DNA of 64,000 nt from Parcubacteria group bacterium Gr01-1014_13 (GCA_007376295.1 VMGB01000001.1:80424-144423), one strand, 5' to 3'. Counted from the stretch's first letter, positions 45,082-55,819 are shown. Notes: generated by a model not told the origin, from the sequence alone. Translations and numbers: made by a program.

Positions 45082-45890
45082 ATTTAAGAACTAGAATTAA
45101 TTTGTGGAAATTGAAGAAAAGCATGAGTCCGAGCAGGGATTTCAAAGCGAATTTGCGTAAAAATTTGGCCATATCTTGGGACGCCAAGCATGGTAAGGCA
45201 CCGTGGTATCAGTTAGGCATGCGCCACGCAGCTGCAAGTTTTTCCGTAATAACTTTGCTTTTGTCAGGCGGAGGCGCAGTCTATGCTTATAACAGCCCCG
45301 AAGTCACAGAGGGCACAACGTTTTATCCCATCAAACAAGTTATTGAGACAGTTGAGGAAGTTGTCCAAATAACTCCGGAAGCAAAAGCTAAATTCTATCT
45401 TAAAAAGATAGAACGCCGCGAGGCCGAACGAAAAGTATTGGAGAAAAATAATCCTCTAATAGTAGAGTTAAAATTAGAAGTAGAAGGCGAAGACGCTGAT
45501 GAAAACGTGGAAGAGGATAAAAAAGAAGTGAAAGAAAAAAATAAAGACGAAGAAAAAGATGAGGTTGTTCTGCGCAAAATAAAAAGAACGCAGCAGTCTA
45601 TAGAGAAAGCCGAAGAAGAATTGGAGAAAACCCGACAACTTATCGAGAAGGATGGCTTCCAAGATATTAAATTGCGTGAGGAGTTAAGAAAGAGAATGGA
45701 ACGGAGGCTAGAGAAAAGAAAAAAACAATTGGAAATTAAAATTGAAAATCGCCAAGAAATAAAGGTGAATTTACAGGGAAAAATAGAAAATGGAAACAGT
45801 GGTCAAAGTAATGACGAAAATAGAAGTGAAAATCAAACCGAAGAAAAGTCACGAATAAGAGTTGAAGAATTAATTAAGTTAAATAATTAA
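45078..45890 (+). CDS. Putative anti-sigma factor (DUF5667-like, charged coiled coil)
   Basis: Overlaps sigma stop; TM then VTEGTTFYPIKQVIE..ERREAE. Confidence 0.7.
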   Translation: MNLRTRINLWKLKKSMSPSRDFKANLRKNLAISWDAKHGKAPWYQLGMRHAAASFSVITLLLSGGGAVYAYNSPEVTEGTTFYPIKQVIETVEEVVQITPEAKAKFYLKKIERREAERKVLEKNNPLIVELKLEVEGEDADENVEEDKKEVKEKNKDEEKDEVVLRKIKRTQQSIEKAEEELEKTRQLIEKDGFQDIKLREELRKRMERRLEKRKKQLEIKIENRQEIKVNLQGKIENGNSGQSNDENRSENQTEEKSRIRVEELIKLNN

Positions 45891-45894
45891 TCGT

Positions 45895-46680
45895 ATGAAA
45901 AAATATCTTATACTATCTTTAGTCGCGGTTATGTCATTGGCTTCTTTTGCGCCGGCTTTAGCTCATGAAAATAGAGGTAATGGGGATAATGAAGGTAACC
46001 ATGGCAAAGGTAAAAAGAATGAAATCAGACTAAGTGTTGAAGCTAAGAAAGAGCTTAAATTAGAACTAAGGGAAGAAAGAAAAGAAATTAAGGATCGTAT
46101 AAAAGAGTTGACAGAGTCACTACGTTTTGCTCCACGAGCCTTAAATTTCGCAGGTAAATTAGTAAGCGTAAATAGCACTAGCACATCTTCTACTGAAATC
46201 ACTGTTAATGTGACCAGAGTTTCACCAAACAAACCAAAAAGATTATCAACTTCCACAGTATCCTATCCGGAAGTAGGAACAAATATAAAACTTAAAATTA
46301 CCGACAAAACTTTATTGATTAGAGCCTTTGGCGGTAAAATGAAAGTTTCGGAAATGAGTGTTGGCGACAATCTTCGAATTACGGCTAAGTTTAATCGGGA
46401 CGGCTCATTGGATGTTCGGGTTGTTAAAGATAATTCCTTGCACGTCTTGCGTCATAAAAAAGGTGTTGTAGAAAGTATTAACGCCAGCCTAAAGTCCTTT
46501 GTTCTAAAGCAGGAAAATAGAAACTTGACTGTGAATACTAATTCCAGCACAAAGTTCCATGCCAGAGGCAATACCACAACTTCTTTTGCCGATCTAAAAG
46601 TTGGCGGCAAAGTAATGGTAACAGGAATCGTAAATACTAATATCGGTATCGTTAATGCCGCTTCTGTAATTATCAAATAA
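45895..46680 (+). CDS. Secreted protein with tandem DUF5666-like OB-fold repeats
   Basis: Signal peptide; two repeats ending MSVGDNLRITA and LKVGGKVMVTG. Confidence 0.7.
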   Translation: MKKYLILSLVAVMSLASFAPALAHENRGNGDNEGNHGKGKKNEIRLSVEAKKELKLELREERKEIKDRIKELTESLRFAPRALNFAGKLVSVNSTSTSSTEITVNVTRVSPNKPKRLSTSTVSYPEVGTNIKLKITDKTLLIRAFGGKMKVSEMSVGDNLRITAKFNRDGSLDVRVVKDNSLHVLRHKKGVVESINASLKSFVLKQENRNLTVNTNSSTKFHARGNTTTSFADLKVGGKVMVTGIVNTNIGIVNAASVIIK

Positions 46681-46687
46681 ATTTAAA

Positions 46688-46728
46688 AAACAAAAAACCA
46701 CTTACTTTAAATGAGTGGTTTTTTGTTT
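46688..46728. terminator. Bidirectional terminator
   Basis: AAACAAAAAACCACT...AGTGGTTTTTTGTTT between convergent genes. Confidence 0.75.
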
Positions 46729-46736
46729 GTTTATTT

Positions 46737-47138
46737 TTAACGCTGATTATCTAGAGTTTTGTTTACCCAGGCATCTGCTTCTTTATTTTTTTCACGTAGT
46801 ACGTGCCGGTAAGAAACCTTTTTAAAACCACTTGCGAGATTAAATACTTGAATAAATAATTTTTGCAGACTAGGTTCTTTTACTTTGTATTCTCGCTTCA
46901 TTTGTTTTGTCACTAGTTCGCTATCCAAAATACATTCTACTTCAGTAGCCCCTAATTCTTGGGCTTTTTTTAAAGCCGAAATTAATGCGGCATATTCGGC
47001 ATAGTTGTTGGTTTGCCGGCCCAAATATTCTCCATATCCGGCAATTGTTTTGCCAGTTACGTCCTTTATAACAATACCGGCAGCTGCTGGGCCCGGGTTG
47101 CCGCGTGCGCCACCATCAGTGTAAGTAATGAGTTTCAT
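46737..47138 (-). CDS. rnhA: Ribonuclease HI
   Basis: TDGGARGNPG, TNNYAEY, DSELV, HVLREKNKEAD. Confidence 0.93.
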   Translation of the reverse strand: MKLITYTDGGARGNPGPAAAGIVIKDVTGKTIAGYGEYLGRQTNNYAEYAALISALKKAQELGATEVECILDSELVTKQMKREYKVKEPSLQKLFIQVFNLASGFKKVSYRHVLREKNKEADAWVNKTLDNQR

Positions 47139-47148
47139 GTGATTAAAT

Positions 47149-48513
47149 TTAATAATTTAATTTCCAAATTCCTTCTTTGTTTTTGGTTTGATTAATATAA
47201 TACAGAATTTTATTATCGGTATCTGCAATGGCATTTATATTTTTTTCTTCAAGCAAATCGTGAGTGGCCAGATAGTAGGGGAAAAGCACCGTAGTTTTAT
47301 TGGCCCAAACCAGTCCCAAGGTATTATATTGGTCAAGAGGCATTACTTTTTGTAAGTATTCTCCCGATCGGTTTAAAAGATATGGCTCTTGGCCTTCGCT
47401 GTATGTCCATAGCTCCCACTGTGACCAAAGTAGCCACCAATTATTATATTTTGAAATTAGAAATTTGTCTGCTGATATTTTATAGGTATTGGAATTTGTT
47501 AGCAAAATCATCTGTAAACTTTTTTTATTTTGCAGTAATACTGTATTTTGTCGGGCTGCCAGAATTTGCAAATTTTCTTTTTCGGTTTGGCCGGTAGCCA
47601 AATTTATATCAGTGGAATCCAGACGGTTGAAGACAGAATTAAACCCAAGAGTATCTCGAGTAATATCGTATTGTTTGGTGGTGGTGTTTATCTGCATTGT
47701 CCACAACTGCCCATCTTCCATATACCAATCAAGGTAGTTATTTTTAGTTATAACCTGGAATTTTGCAGTGATTGGAGAATATAAAAATATACTGTCTTTA
47801 GTGCTGTAGTACAATTGCGGTTCAGTTGAGTTTCCCCACTGAAACTTTCTTATTGGTGAATTGGTTTTAGCCACGTCTATTTGTTTAAGCGGATTTTCGG
47901 CGTTTATTACCAGTAAGCGCGAGTAGGGGACGTTAGCATCAGCGATTAAGGCGTAATTATTTTTTTCCGCCCAAAGTATAGTTGCTGGTTCCGTGTCTAG
48001 GCTGGATAAAAGTGTAGATTGTTTAGCGGTATTATCCCAGAGGAAAACTTCAGTGGCGTTATTTTTTTTGATGCTATAAATTATAAATCTGCCATCATAT
48101 GAGATAGCCACATTGTCAATTTTTCCATTTACCAAAATTTCCGGTTTATTTTTTTTGATCAGACTAATCTCTTTTGTATAGTTGGTTTGTTTGTTTTTTA
48201 CTTCAATTTCTTTTTGCCAATCAAAGTATTCCGGCGCGGTAATGCGTAAATTATACTTGGCCGGAGCAATATTGTTTAGCCGAATCGGCATCCTGTCCTG
48301 TAGTTTAATGCCGTTTAAATAGACAGTGGCATTTCTTGGTTCAACATCCACGCTAATGGCGCCGGTTTCTTTGAGCAAGCCATTTTCCCAATCATAGTGG
48401 TAGCCGGCAGTATACATTATAATAACCGGTGAAATTACAAAAAAAGCAATGATAAATATGATTAGCATTGATAGGCGTACGCCGCGTGAAAATTTTGTAT
48501 TTGGATATTCCAT
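47149..48513 (-). CDS. PEGA domain membrane protein with beta-propeller-like region
   Basis: TM, then TGAISVDVEPRNATVYLNG..Y.LRI...YFDWQKEI. Confidence 0.8.
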   Translation of the reverse strand: MEYPNTKFSRGVRLSMLIIFIIAFFVISPVIIMYTAGYHYDWENGLLKETGAISVDVEPRNATVYLNGIKLQDRMPIRLNNIAPAKYNLRITAPEYFDWQKEIEVKNKQTNYTKEISLIKKNKPEILVNGKIDNVAISYDGRFIIYSIKKNNATEVFLWDNTAKQSTLLSSLDTEPATILWAEKNNYALIADANVPYSRLLVINAENPLKQIDVAKTNSPIRKFQWGNSTEPQLYYSTKDSIFLYSPITAKFQVITKNNYLDWYMEDGQLWTMQINTTTKQYDITRDTLGFNSVFNRLDSTDINLATGQTEKENLQILAARQNTVLLQNKKSLQMILLTNSNTYKISADKFLISKYNNWWLLWSQWELWTYSEGQEPYLLNRSGEYLQKVMPLDQYNTLGLVWANKTTVLFPYYLATHDLLEEKNINAIADTDNKILYYINQTKNKEGIWKLNY

Positions 48514-48584
48514 GACAGCTTTGACTAAATGATTATTTTATAATATACTTAATACTAACCAAAAAGCAGTTAATAGTCAAAGAT

Positions 48585-49880
48585 ATGACCTATTTAGTGG
48601 TCAATGGAGGCAAAAAATTACATGGAGAAATAATGAACCAACCGGCCAAAAATTCGGCCGTGTCAATTTTATGTGCCTCAATAATGATACCGGGTAAGAC
48701 TATTTTGTCGGACGTGCCGCAAATTGAAGAAGTAAATCGGATTTTGGAATTGCTGACCAGTCTGGGTGTAAAAGTAGAAAAACTGGGACCAGGCAAATTA
48801 AGTTTGGAATCTGGCAAAAATTTAAATTTGGGTAATATCGACAAACACGCTTCGGAAGTTACTAGATCATCCCTTCTTTTATTGGGTGCGCTTTCATCTC
48901 GTCCGGTTAGTTACAAGATTTATAAATCAGGTGGATGCCGATTGGGAGAAAGGACTGTTCGCCCCCATTTATACGCGCTCCAAAGTTTTGGGGTTAGTGT
49001 AATTTCCAAGCAAAAATTTTATGAAGTTAAAAACAGTCCGCTTCGTGCGGCGCAGATAGTAATGTATGAATCCGGTGACACTCCTACCGAAAATGCTATT
49101 ATGGCAGCAGTGCTGGCGCCGGGTAAAAGTATTATTCGTATGGCATCGGCAAATTATATGGTGCAGGACCTTTGTTATTTTTTGCGCCAAGCCGGAGCTA
49201 AAATAGAAGGTATCGGTACAACTACTCTCACCATAGAAGGTGTTAAAGAACTAAAAACTTCCGTAAGTTACTCCATAATGCCGGATCCAATCGCAGCCAT
49301 GACATTTTTGTCCGCCGCCATAGTTACTGGATCTCATCTTACTATAAAAAATTGCCCGATGGATTTTTTGGATTTGGAACTATGTAAGTTAGAAAAAATG
49401 GGGCAGAAATTACAAGTAAAAAATGAACGAGACGGAAAATTTCGCATGGCCGATATAGAAGTTTGGCCTTCTGCTTTAAAGGCTTTGCCGGATAAAATTT
49501 ACGGCCGGCCATTTCCCGGTTTAAATATCGACAATTTGCCGTTATTTATTCCTGTTTTGGCCAAAGCTAAAGGCAGAACGTTAGTTCATGACTGGGCTTA
49601 TGAAAATAGATCTGTATACTCTATGGAATTACAAAAACTAGGAGCAAAAATTAATTTACTTGATCTGCATAGAGCTTGGGTAGAAGGACCTACTCAGTTT
49701 AAAGCCAATGAAGTAGTTTGTCCGCCAGCCCTGCGACCGGCTGTAAATGTGCTTATCTGTATGTTGGCCGCCAAAGGCAAATCAATTTTGCGTAATACCT
49801 ATGTGATTGATCGCGGCTACGAAAACTTGTATGATATATTGAATAGTGCCGGCGCCGATATTAAAATAGTAAAAGAATAG
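48585..49880 (+). CDS. murA: UDP-N-acetylglucosamine 1-carboxyvinyltransferase
   Basis: AKNS, GGCRLGER, TENAIMAA, PFPG..D, IDRGYE. Confidence 0.9.
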   Translation: MTYLVVNGGKKLHGEIMNQPAKNSAVSILCASIMIPGKTILSDVPQIEEVNRILELLTSLGVKVEKLGPGKLSLESGKNLNLGNIDKHASEVTRSSLLLLGALSSRPVSYKIYKSGGCRLGERTVRPHLYALQSFGVSVISKQKFYEVKNSPLRAAQIVMYESGDTPTENAIMAAVLAPGKSIIRMASANYMVQDLCYFLRQAGAKIEGIGTTTLTIEGVKELKTSVSYSIMPDPIAAMTFLSAAIVTGSHLTIKNCPMDFLDLELCKLEKMGQKLQVKNERDGKFRMADIEVWPSALKALPDKIYGRPFPGLNIDNLPLFIPVLAKAKGRTLVHDWAYENRSVYSMELQKLGAKINLLDLHRAWVEGPTQFKANEVVCPPALRPAVNVLICMLAAKGKSILRNTYVIDRGYENLYDILNSAGADIKIVKE

Positions 49881-49881
49881 T

Positions 49882-51144
49882 ATGATGATGCAAACATCGC
49901 CTATAAAACTTAGAGCCAAAAAATACGCAGGAGTTTATTTGTCGGTAATACTATTTATCATATCCTTTGGTATGGGTATTATTGTTGGCAAAACTTGGTA
50001 TGTAAAAAAGCAGATTACCGGTGATGATGGCAGTATCCAGCTAGACAAAGTGCTGAATCTAAACCGTTCATTAAATCGTTCAAGTTTAGATTTTAGTCAG
50101 TTTTGGGATGTTTGGGATAAAGTAAAGGCCAAATATGTAAAAAATGAAATTGCTGAGGAAGATATGTTCTACGGAGCGATTCAGGGGATGGTAGCATCTT
50201 TAGGAGATCCGTATTCTTTATATTTTGCTCCCAAGGCAGCCGAAGAATTTGCTAAAGATTTATCCGGAGAACTAGAGGGTATTGGCGCTGAAATTGGTGT
50301 AAAAAATAATCAGTTAGTGGTAGTATCGCCGTTGCCGGATTCACCTGCTGAAAAAGCCGGGTTACGGCCAGGTGATAAAATTTTGGATATAGATAAGGAG
50401 AGTACGTTCGGTATGGATGTAAACACAGCTGTCGGTAAAATACGTGGTAAAGCCAATACGAAAGTAGTTCTTACTATTACTAGAAATGGTCTGGATAAAG
50501 CCAATGAAATTACGATTACTCGAGCAAAGATAAATGTTCCTTCAATATTATTCTCGGTCAAGCCCGGCAATATTGCCTATCTTCGGGTAATGCAATTTAA
50601 CGCCGATACCAACGCGCAGCTGGATAAAGCTATAAAACAGATTAAGTCGCGCGGCAGCAAAGGAATAATTTTGGATCTAAGAAACAATCCTGGAGGTTAT
50701 TTGACCTCCGCAATTTATATGGCCAGTGAGTGGGTTACCGATGGGGTGGTAGTAAGTGAAAAAGGTAAAGACGGAGAAGGCAATGATCACAATACTGAAG
50801 GTCAGCATCGTTTGGCTGGAATTAAGACGGTAGTACTGATAAACAAAGGTTCGGCTTCAGCTTCGGAAATTGTGGCCGGCGCTTTGCAGGATACTAAAAA
50901 TGCGACTTTAATCGGTGAACAAACTTTTGGTAAAGGTTCAGTGCAGGATTTTGAGACTTTCCCGGATGGTTCCGCTCTTAAAATTACTGTGGCCGAATGG
51001 TTTACCCCTAGTGGCAGAAATATAAATAAAGAAGGAGTTAAACCAGATATAGAAATAAAACAAGATTGGCAGAATGAAAAAATAGGCGAAGACATAGTTT
51101 TAAGTAAAGCTCTGGAATTTATCGCTTCATCTACCAAAAAATAA
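49882..51144 (+). CDS. ctpA: S41 family C-terminal processing peptidase (PDZ)
   Basis: DPYS, GIGAEI PDZ, DLRNNPGG, SASASEIVAGAL, TFGKGSVQ. Confidence 0.93.
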   Translation: MMMQTSPIKLRAKKYAGVYLSVILFIISFGMGIIVGKTWYVKKQITGDDGSIQLDKVLNLNRSLNRSSLDFSQFWDVWDKVKAKYVKNEIAEEDMFYGAIQGMVASLGDPYSLYFAPKAAEEFAKDLSGELEGIGAEIGVKNNQLVVVSPLPDSPAEKAGLRPGDKILDIDKESTFGMDVNTAVGKIRGKANTKVVLTITRNGLDKANEITITRAKINVPSILFSVKPGNIAYLRVMQFNADTNAQLDKAIKQIKSRGSKGIILDLRNNPGGYLTSAIYMASEWVTDGVVVSEKGKDGEGNDHNTEGQHRLAGIKTVVLINKGSASASEIVAGALQDTKNATLIGEQTFGKGSVQDFETFPDGSALKITVAEWFTPSGRNINKEGVKPDIEIKQDWQNEKIGEDIVLSKALEFIASSTKK

Positions 51145-51148
51145 CTTC

Positions 51149-51190
51149 CTAAATCAAAAAAACACCAGAGATGGTGTTTTTTTGATTTAG
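51149..51190. terminator. Bidirectional terminator
   Basis: CTAAATCAAAAAAACACCA-GAGA-TGGTGTTTTTTTGATTTAG perfect inverted repeat. Confidence 0.8.
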
Positions 51191-51215
51191 CCCCAGGTTT
51201 ATCTGAGGCATAAGT

Positions 51216-51515
51216 TTATATTTTGGCGCTATAGCTTTGTTTTAACAAAATAAGCGTTATGAGTGGGTGTTGCTTGTGGTCTTCAGAATCCCAATACATT
51301 TTTAGAAGCTTATCTTGTTCCTCTGGATGTATATAGCGAAGAATTTCATCTGCTGCCAGGTCCTTTACAGACCATACTTCCAGCGGAAGCTGAAAGAGAA
51401 GCGATAAAAAAGCGTCATGGTGAAGTGTTTTACGGTATCTTTGCACCATCTTGCATATTTCTAAAGTGTCTGCATTTTCAAGGAGCTCTGCTGTCGGTTT
51501 ACTGACTTCGTGCAC
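51216..51515 (-). CDS. Hypothetical protein
   Basis: 99 aa, GTG start after GGGGGAG SD, TTGACG promoter-like element upstream. Confidence 0.6.
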   Translation of the reverse strand: MHEVSKPTAELLENADTLEICKMVQRYRKTLHHDAFLSLLFQLPLEVWSVKDLAADEILRYIHPEEQDKLLKMYWDSEDHKQHPLITLILLKQSYSAKI

Positions 51516-51604
51516 GTATTCTCCCCCCGAAGAACGTGTTTAGAAACAACCACTTACCCTTAAGTTCTATCATAGATAACGAGAAGCGTCAATCCTACTG
51601 TCGG

Positions 51605-52486
51605 TTAAATTCGCTCTTCCCAGCGGCGGTCGGTTTCTACTTCAAGTTGTAGGAATATTTTTTTATTCAGCGCCGCTTCCAGTTCTTTACGTGCGGCAAT
51701 GCCGATTTCCTTTATGGATCGTCCGCCTTTACCGATAATCATTTTTTTGTAGCGGCTGTCGTATGTATAAACAATAGCGTTGATTACAAAAAGATCTGGT
51801 TTTTCTTCAATATTTTCTACCTCAACATGAGTAGTGTATGGTACTTCTTGGCGCAAAGCTTTAAAAATTTTTTCTCTGATAAGTTCTGATATCCAGAATT
51901 TTTCATCCATGTTTGTCAGTTGGGTGGGCGGGTAGTTTGGCTCGCCTTCAGGCAGAAGTTCAAACACTTTATCTCGTAGTGGCTGCACATCTCTATTTTG
52001 TTCCGCGGATAATTCAAAAACAGCAGTAAACTGATCGGCCAGTGCCAGGTAGTCATCCAAAAAAACTTTTTCTTTCATCGGCAGATCTGATTTATTTATT
52101 ACCAACAATTTTGGTATTTCCAAATTTCTGACCATGGCCAGAGTGGCGCGTTCTTCAGCACCCAAAGATTTGGTTGGGTCAGCAACATAAAGAATTATAT
52201 CAATCCCTTGTAGGGCGTCTTGCGCGCGCTGAGTTAATTTACCTGAAAGTGGATTGCCCTTATCTTTAAAAATTCCCGGGGTATCTATAAATACCACCTG
52301 CCCTTGCGCGGTGTTTAGTACTCCATGTATAATGTTTCTGGTAGTTTGAGGTTTATCAGTGACGGCCGCAATTTTGGTGCCGATAAGGGTGTTGAGCAGC
52401 GCAGACTTTCCTACGTTGGAACGTCCGATCAAAGTCACAAAACCGCTTTTAAATTCACCTTTTAATTCCTCTTTAGGCTTAACCAT
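51605..52486 (-). CDS. era: GTPase Era
   Basis: GRSNVGKS, QTTR, DTPG, NKSD, KH domain IIGKGG. Confidence 0.96.
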   Translation of the reverse strand: MVKPKEELKGEFKSGFVTLIGRSNVGKSALLNTLIGTKIAAVTDKPQTTRNIIHGVLNTAQGQVVFIDTPGIFKDKGNPLSGKLTQRAQDALQGIDIILYVADPTKSLGAEERATLAMVRNLEIPKLLVINKSDLPMKEKVFLDDYLALADQFTAVFELSAEQNRDVQPLRDKVFELLPEGEPNYPPTQLTNMDEKFWISELIREKIFKALRQEVPYTTHVEVENIEEKPDLFVINAIVYTYDSRYKKMIIGKGGRSIKEIGIAARKELEAALNKKIFLQLEVETDRRWEERI

Positions 52487-52557
52487 ACAATTTGCCTTAG
52501 GCGTTAAATTGATAGTATAATATACATGCTTTTACCAATAAAAGCAAGACTGAGCGT

Positions 52558-52998
52558 ATGAAAGTGATTTTAATCCAAAATGTAGCTGGAATTGGTAAAA
52601 TTGATGATATAAAAGAAGTTAGCGAAGGCTATGCCCGCAACTTTTTATTTGCCAAAAATTTGGCCCAGCCAGCCACCAAACAGGTGCTGGAAGACTTAAA
52701 AGCGCGTAAAAATAAACAAGTCAAAGACAGAGATGCCCAATTGCGCTATGAGCAGAGTCTGGCCGACAAGTTGTATGGGTATGAGTTAGTTTTAAAAGAA
52801 AAAGTCAGTGGCGGCGGAGCGCTTTATGCAGCTGTTGGTCCGCAAAAAGTATCCGAAGCGTTGGCGAATAAGGGTTTTAAAATAAATAAAGACCAGGTTA
52901 TATTTAAACCAATAAAAGAAATAGGGGAGTACAAAGCAAAAATTAAATTCCAACATGGGTTGGAAACGGAAATATCAATAACTGTTTCAAAAATTTAA
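52558..52998 (+). CDS. rplI: 50S ribosomal protein L9
   Basis: MKVIL..V..IGK......VSEGYARNFL. Confidence 0.95.
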   Translation: MKVILIQNVAGIGKIDDIKEVSEGYARNFLFAKNLAQPATKQVLEDLKARKNKQVKDRDAQLRYEQSLADKLYGYELVLKEKVSGGGALYAAVGPQKVSEALANKGFKINKDQVIFKPIKEIGEYKAKIKFQHGLETEISITVSKI

Positions 52999-53000
52999 TT

Positions 53001-54632
53001 ATGTCTAAAACCAAATATATTTTCGTCATTGGCGGCGTGCTTAGTGGAGTGGGTAAAGGCGTCACCGCGGCTTCCATCGGCAGGATTTTAAAAAACCGAG
53101 GCTTTAATGTCTCGGTTATTAAAATAGATCCATATATAAATATCGATGCTGGTACCATGAATCCGCTCGAACATGGCGAAGTTTTTGTAACCGAAGATGG
53201 CGACGAAACGGATCAGGATTTGGGAAACTATGAAAGATTTTTGGAAACAAATATTTATTCTTACAATTACATGACTACCGGCCGGGTGTATATGAATGTT
53301 ATTGAAAAAGAACGCAGCATGTTCTATAAGGGACGTTGTGTGCAGGTGGTGCCACATATCCCTATGGAAGTTATTTCACGCATAAAAACTGCCGCGCAAA
53401 AAACTAAAGCAGAAATAATGATAATAGAAATTGGCGGTACAGTGGGTGAGTACGAAAACATTTTATTTTTGGAAGCGGCGCGCATGATGAAATTGGATGC
53501 TCCAGACGATGTAGCTTTCGTTTTGGTAAGTTATATGCCTGTGCCAAGCCATTTGGGAGAAATGAAGACTAAGCCAACCCAGCATGCTGCCCGTACATTA
53601 AACAATAGCGGTATTCAAGCTGATTTTATTGTCGCCAGAGGCAAAGATGAACTAGACAAGCCTAGACGAGAAAAATTAGCCTTTTTTTGCTGGTTACGAT
53701 CACAAGACGATGTAATCGCCGCGCCAGACGTGCCTAGTATTTATGAGATTCCTCTTGTTTTGGAAAAACAAAAATTTGCCGGTTTGTTGATGAAGCGATT
53801 AAAGATTCGACCACGACAGTTGATAGACAAGCGTTGGGATAATTTTGTGGCCAAGATGAAAAAGGTTAAGAAATCCGTAAAGATTGCTGTGGTCGGTAAA
53901 TATTTTGCTACTGGTGAGTATACTTTGTCTGATTCATATATATCTGTAATTAACGCCGTCAAACATGCAGCCTGGCATAATGGTGTAAATGCAGAAATGA
54001 CTTGGCTGGATTCTGAAGATTATGAAAAAAATCCAGAAAAAGTGAAAGAGCTTGGTGGCTATGATGCCCTGATTGTTCCAGGCGGTTTTGGTACCAGAGG
54101 AATTGAGGGTATAATCGCAGCCATTAAATATGTACGCGAGAATGATTTGCCGTATCTGGGATTATGCTATGGAATGCAACTAGCCACCATAGAATTCGCG
54201 CGTCATGTTTTAAAACTCAAAGACGCACATACCGTGGAGTGCGATCCAAAAAGTAAAAATTTAATAATCAATATTAACAATACTCAGGCAGATAATATAA
54301 AAAACGAACGCTATGGCGGTACTATGCGTCTGGGGGCGTATGATTGCGACCTTACTCCGGGTAGCATAGCCCACCAACTTTATGGTGCAGATAAAATTAG
54401 TGAACGCCACCGCCATCGTTATGAATTTGATAATAAATATAAAGCCGAGATGGAAAAGAAAGACATGGTATTTTCTGGTATAAATCCTCAATCCGATTTG
54501 GTGGAAATTATAGAATTAAAAAAACATCCGTATTTTGTCGGTGTACAATTTCATCCAGAATTTAAATCCAGATTTTTAGAACCACATCCATTGTTTGTCG
54601 GGTTGGTAAAAGCCGCGATTAAAAATAAATAA
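53001..54632 (+). CDS. pyrG: CTP synthase
   Basis: GGVLSGVGKG, KIDPYIN, KTKPTQ, GLCYGMQ, ERHRHRYE, QFHPE. Confidence 0.97.
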   Translation: MSKTKYIFVIGGVLSGVGKGVTAASIGRILKNRGFNVSVIKIDPYINIDAGTMNPLEHGEVFVTEDGDETDQDLGNYERFLETNIYSYNYMTTGRVYMNVIEKERSMFYKGRCVQVVPHIPMEVISRIKTAAQKTKAEIMIIEIGGTVGEYENILFLEAARMMKLDAPDDVAFVLVSYMPVPSHLGEMKTKPTQHAARTLNNSGIQADFIVARGKDELDKPRREKLAFFCWLRSQDDVIAAPDVPSIYEIPLVLEKQKFAGLLMKRLKIRPRQLIDKRWDNFVAKMKKVKKSVKIAVVGKYFATGEYTLSDSYISVINAVKHAAWHNGVNAEMTWLDSEDYEKNPEKVKELGGYDALIVPGGFGTRGIEGIIAAIKYVRENDLPYLGLCYGMQLATIEFARHVLKLKDAHTVECDPKSKNLIININNTQADNIKNERYGGTMRLGAYDCDLTPGSIAHQLYGADKISERHRHRYEFDNKYKAEMEKKDMVFSGINPQSDLVEIIELKKHPYFVGVQFHPEFKSRFLEPHPLFVGLVKAAIKNK

Positions 54633-54651
54633 TAAGGTCCCGGGTATAATT

Positions 54652-54677
54652 GACTACCATCTATATAGATGGTAGTC
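54652..54677. promoter_or_regulatory. Perfect 26-bp palindrome (terminator and/or operator)
   Basis: GACTACCATCTATATAGATGGTAGTC followed by TTTTGTTT. Confidence 0.6.
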
Positions 54678-54695
54678 TTTTGTTTAGGAGGAAGT

Positions 54696-55817
54696 ATGAA
54701 GGACCAAAAAGAATTGATCGTCGATCTGGAGCCTTATCTAGACGGTAGTGTTGAAGGAACCAGACATGCTTGTCGTCGTTTGGTAAACATTTTGCACAAA
54801 CAGTCATTTGTCATTGTGTATGATCCGCGCGTTTCTAATGTTGATAATGACCGGTATCTAGACATGATGGAGCGATACTTTTCCCAGTCGGAAAAACAGC
54901 TACGGAAAGACGAGCGCCCCAAATTGCATTATCAAGTTGGCGTTTCCAAGGGTCAGGAAAAGCCTCGTGATCATCGCGCGTATATTTCAACTATGCGGCC
55001 TGAGCACTGGCCGCATATTACGCCGCCTAATTACAAAGGTGATCCGCGTTGGCGATTCTTCCGAAATTTAGGCAAGCCGCCATCGAAGACCAAATTTCCC
55101 AAGCTTAACGCTCAGCGCACACCTGTAATTCCGAAGGGGTTTGAAGGTGAATGGGCAAAGACCATGGACACTTGGGGCGAGAAGATGTTGGCAAGCGTTT
55201 TCACGATTGCTGAGATGATGGCGGAAGCGTTCGGACTGCCAAAGAGTACTTTTACCAAAAAGTTCGCTCATGCTCCACATCTAATTGCTCCCAACGGAGT
55301 GAATTTGCTGGACTATCCCGAAGGGACTGTTTTCAATGGTTTTCACTATGATCTGAATTGGGGCACCATTCATGGCCGTTCTCGTTTTCCTGGTCTTAGG
55401 GTCTGGCCGCGTGATGGGGCACCGTTTACGGTGCGTGTTCCAAAAGGGGCTTTGCTTTTCCAAGTAGCCAAACAGTTGGAATGGCAAACTGGCGGATATT
55501 TCCGCGCTGGGTTCCATGAAGTAGTGAATTTGCCCGACACTGTGAAGGCTGCGCAAGAAGCTGCGCGTACCGGACGTCCGCCAATCAGAGTTTCTTCAAC
55601 TGTTTTTGCTCACGTGGCGAGCGATCTGACTTTGCGGGTAGAAAAAAAAGTTTTGGAAAATGATCTTGGTAGCATAGATCATGCCTCTGAAGTTTTGGAT
55701 CTGCCGGCGGGTGAATCTGCCAAGCATCTTGCCAAGATTTTGCAGATGTATCCGCCCACCAAAGCGGGAGATCAGGTGCTTGGCGAACTAAAGGCGCTTG
55801 GTCTTAAGAAAGACTAA
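54696..55817 (+). CDS. 2OG-Fe(II) oxygenase, isopenicillin N synthase-like
   Basis: HYD (HxD)..TIHGRSRFPGL..GFHEV..RVSS facial triad and 2OG-binding RxS; AGGAGG SD. Confidence 0.85.
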   Translation: MKDQKELIVDLEPYLDGSVEGTRHACRRLVNILHKQSFVIVYDPRVSNVDNDRYLDMMERYFSQSEKQLRKDERPKLHYQVGVSKGQEKPRDHRAYISTMRPEHWPHITPPNYKGDPRWRFFRNLGKPPSKTKFPKLNAQRTPVIPKGFEGEWAKTMDTWGEKMLASVFTIAEMMAEAFGLPKSTFTKKFAHAPHLIAPNGVNLLDYPEGTVFNGFHYDLNWGTIHGRSRFPGLRVWPRDGAPFTVRVPKGALLFQVAKQLEWQTGGYFRAGFHEVVNLPDTVKAAQEAARTGRPPIRVSSTVFAHVASDLTLRVEKKVLENDLGSIDHASEVLDLPAGESAKHLAKILQMYPPTKAGDQVLGELKALGLKKD

Positions 55818-55819
55818 TC

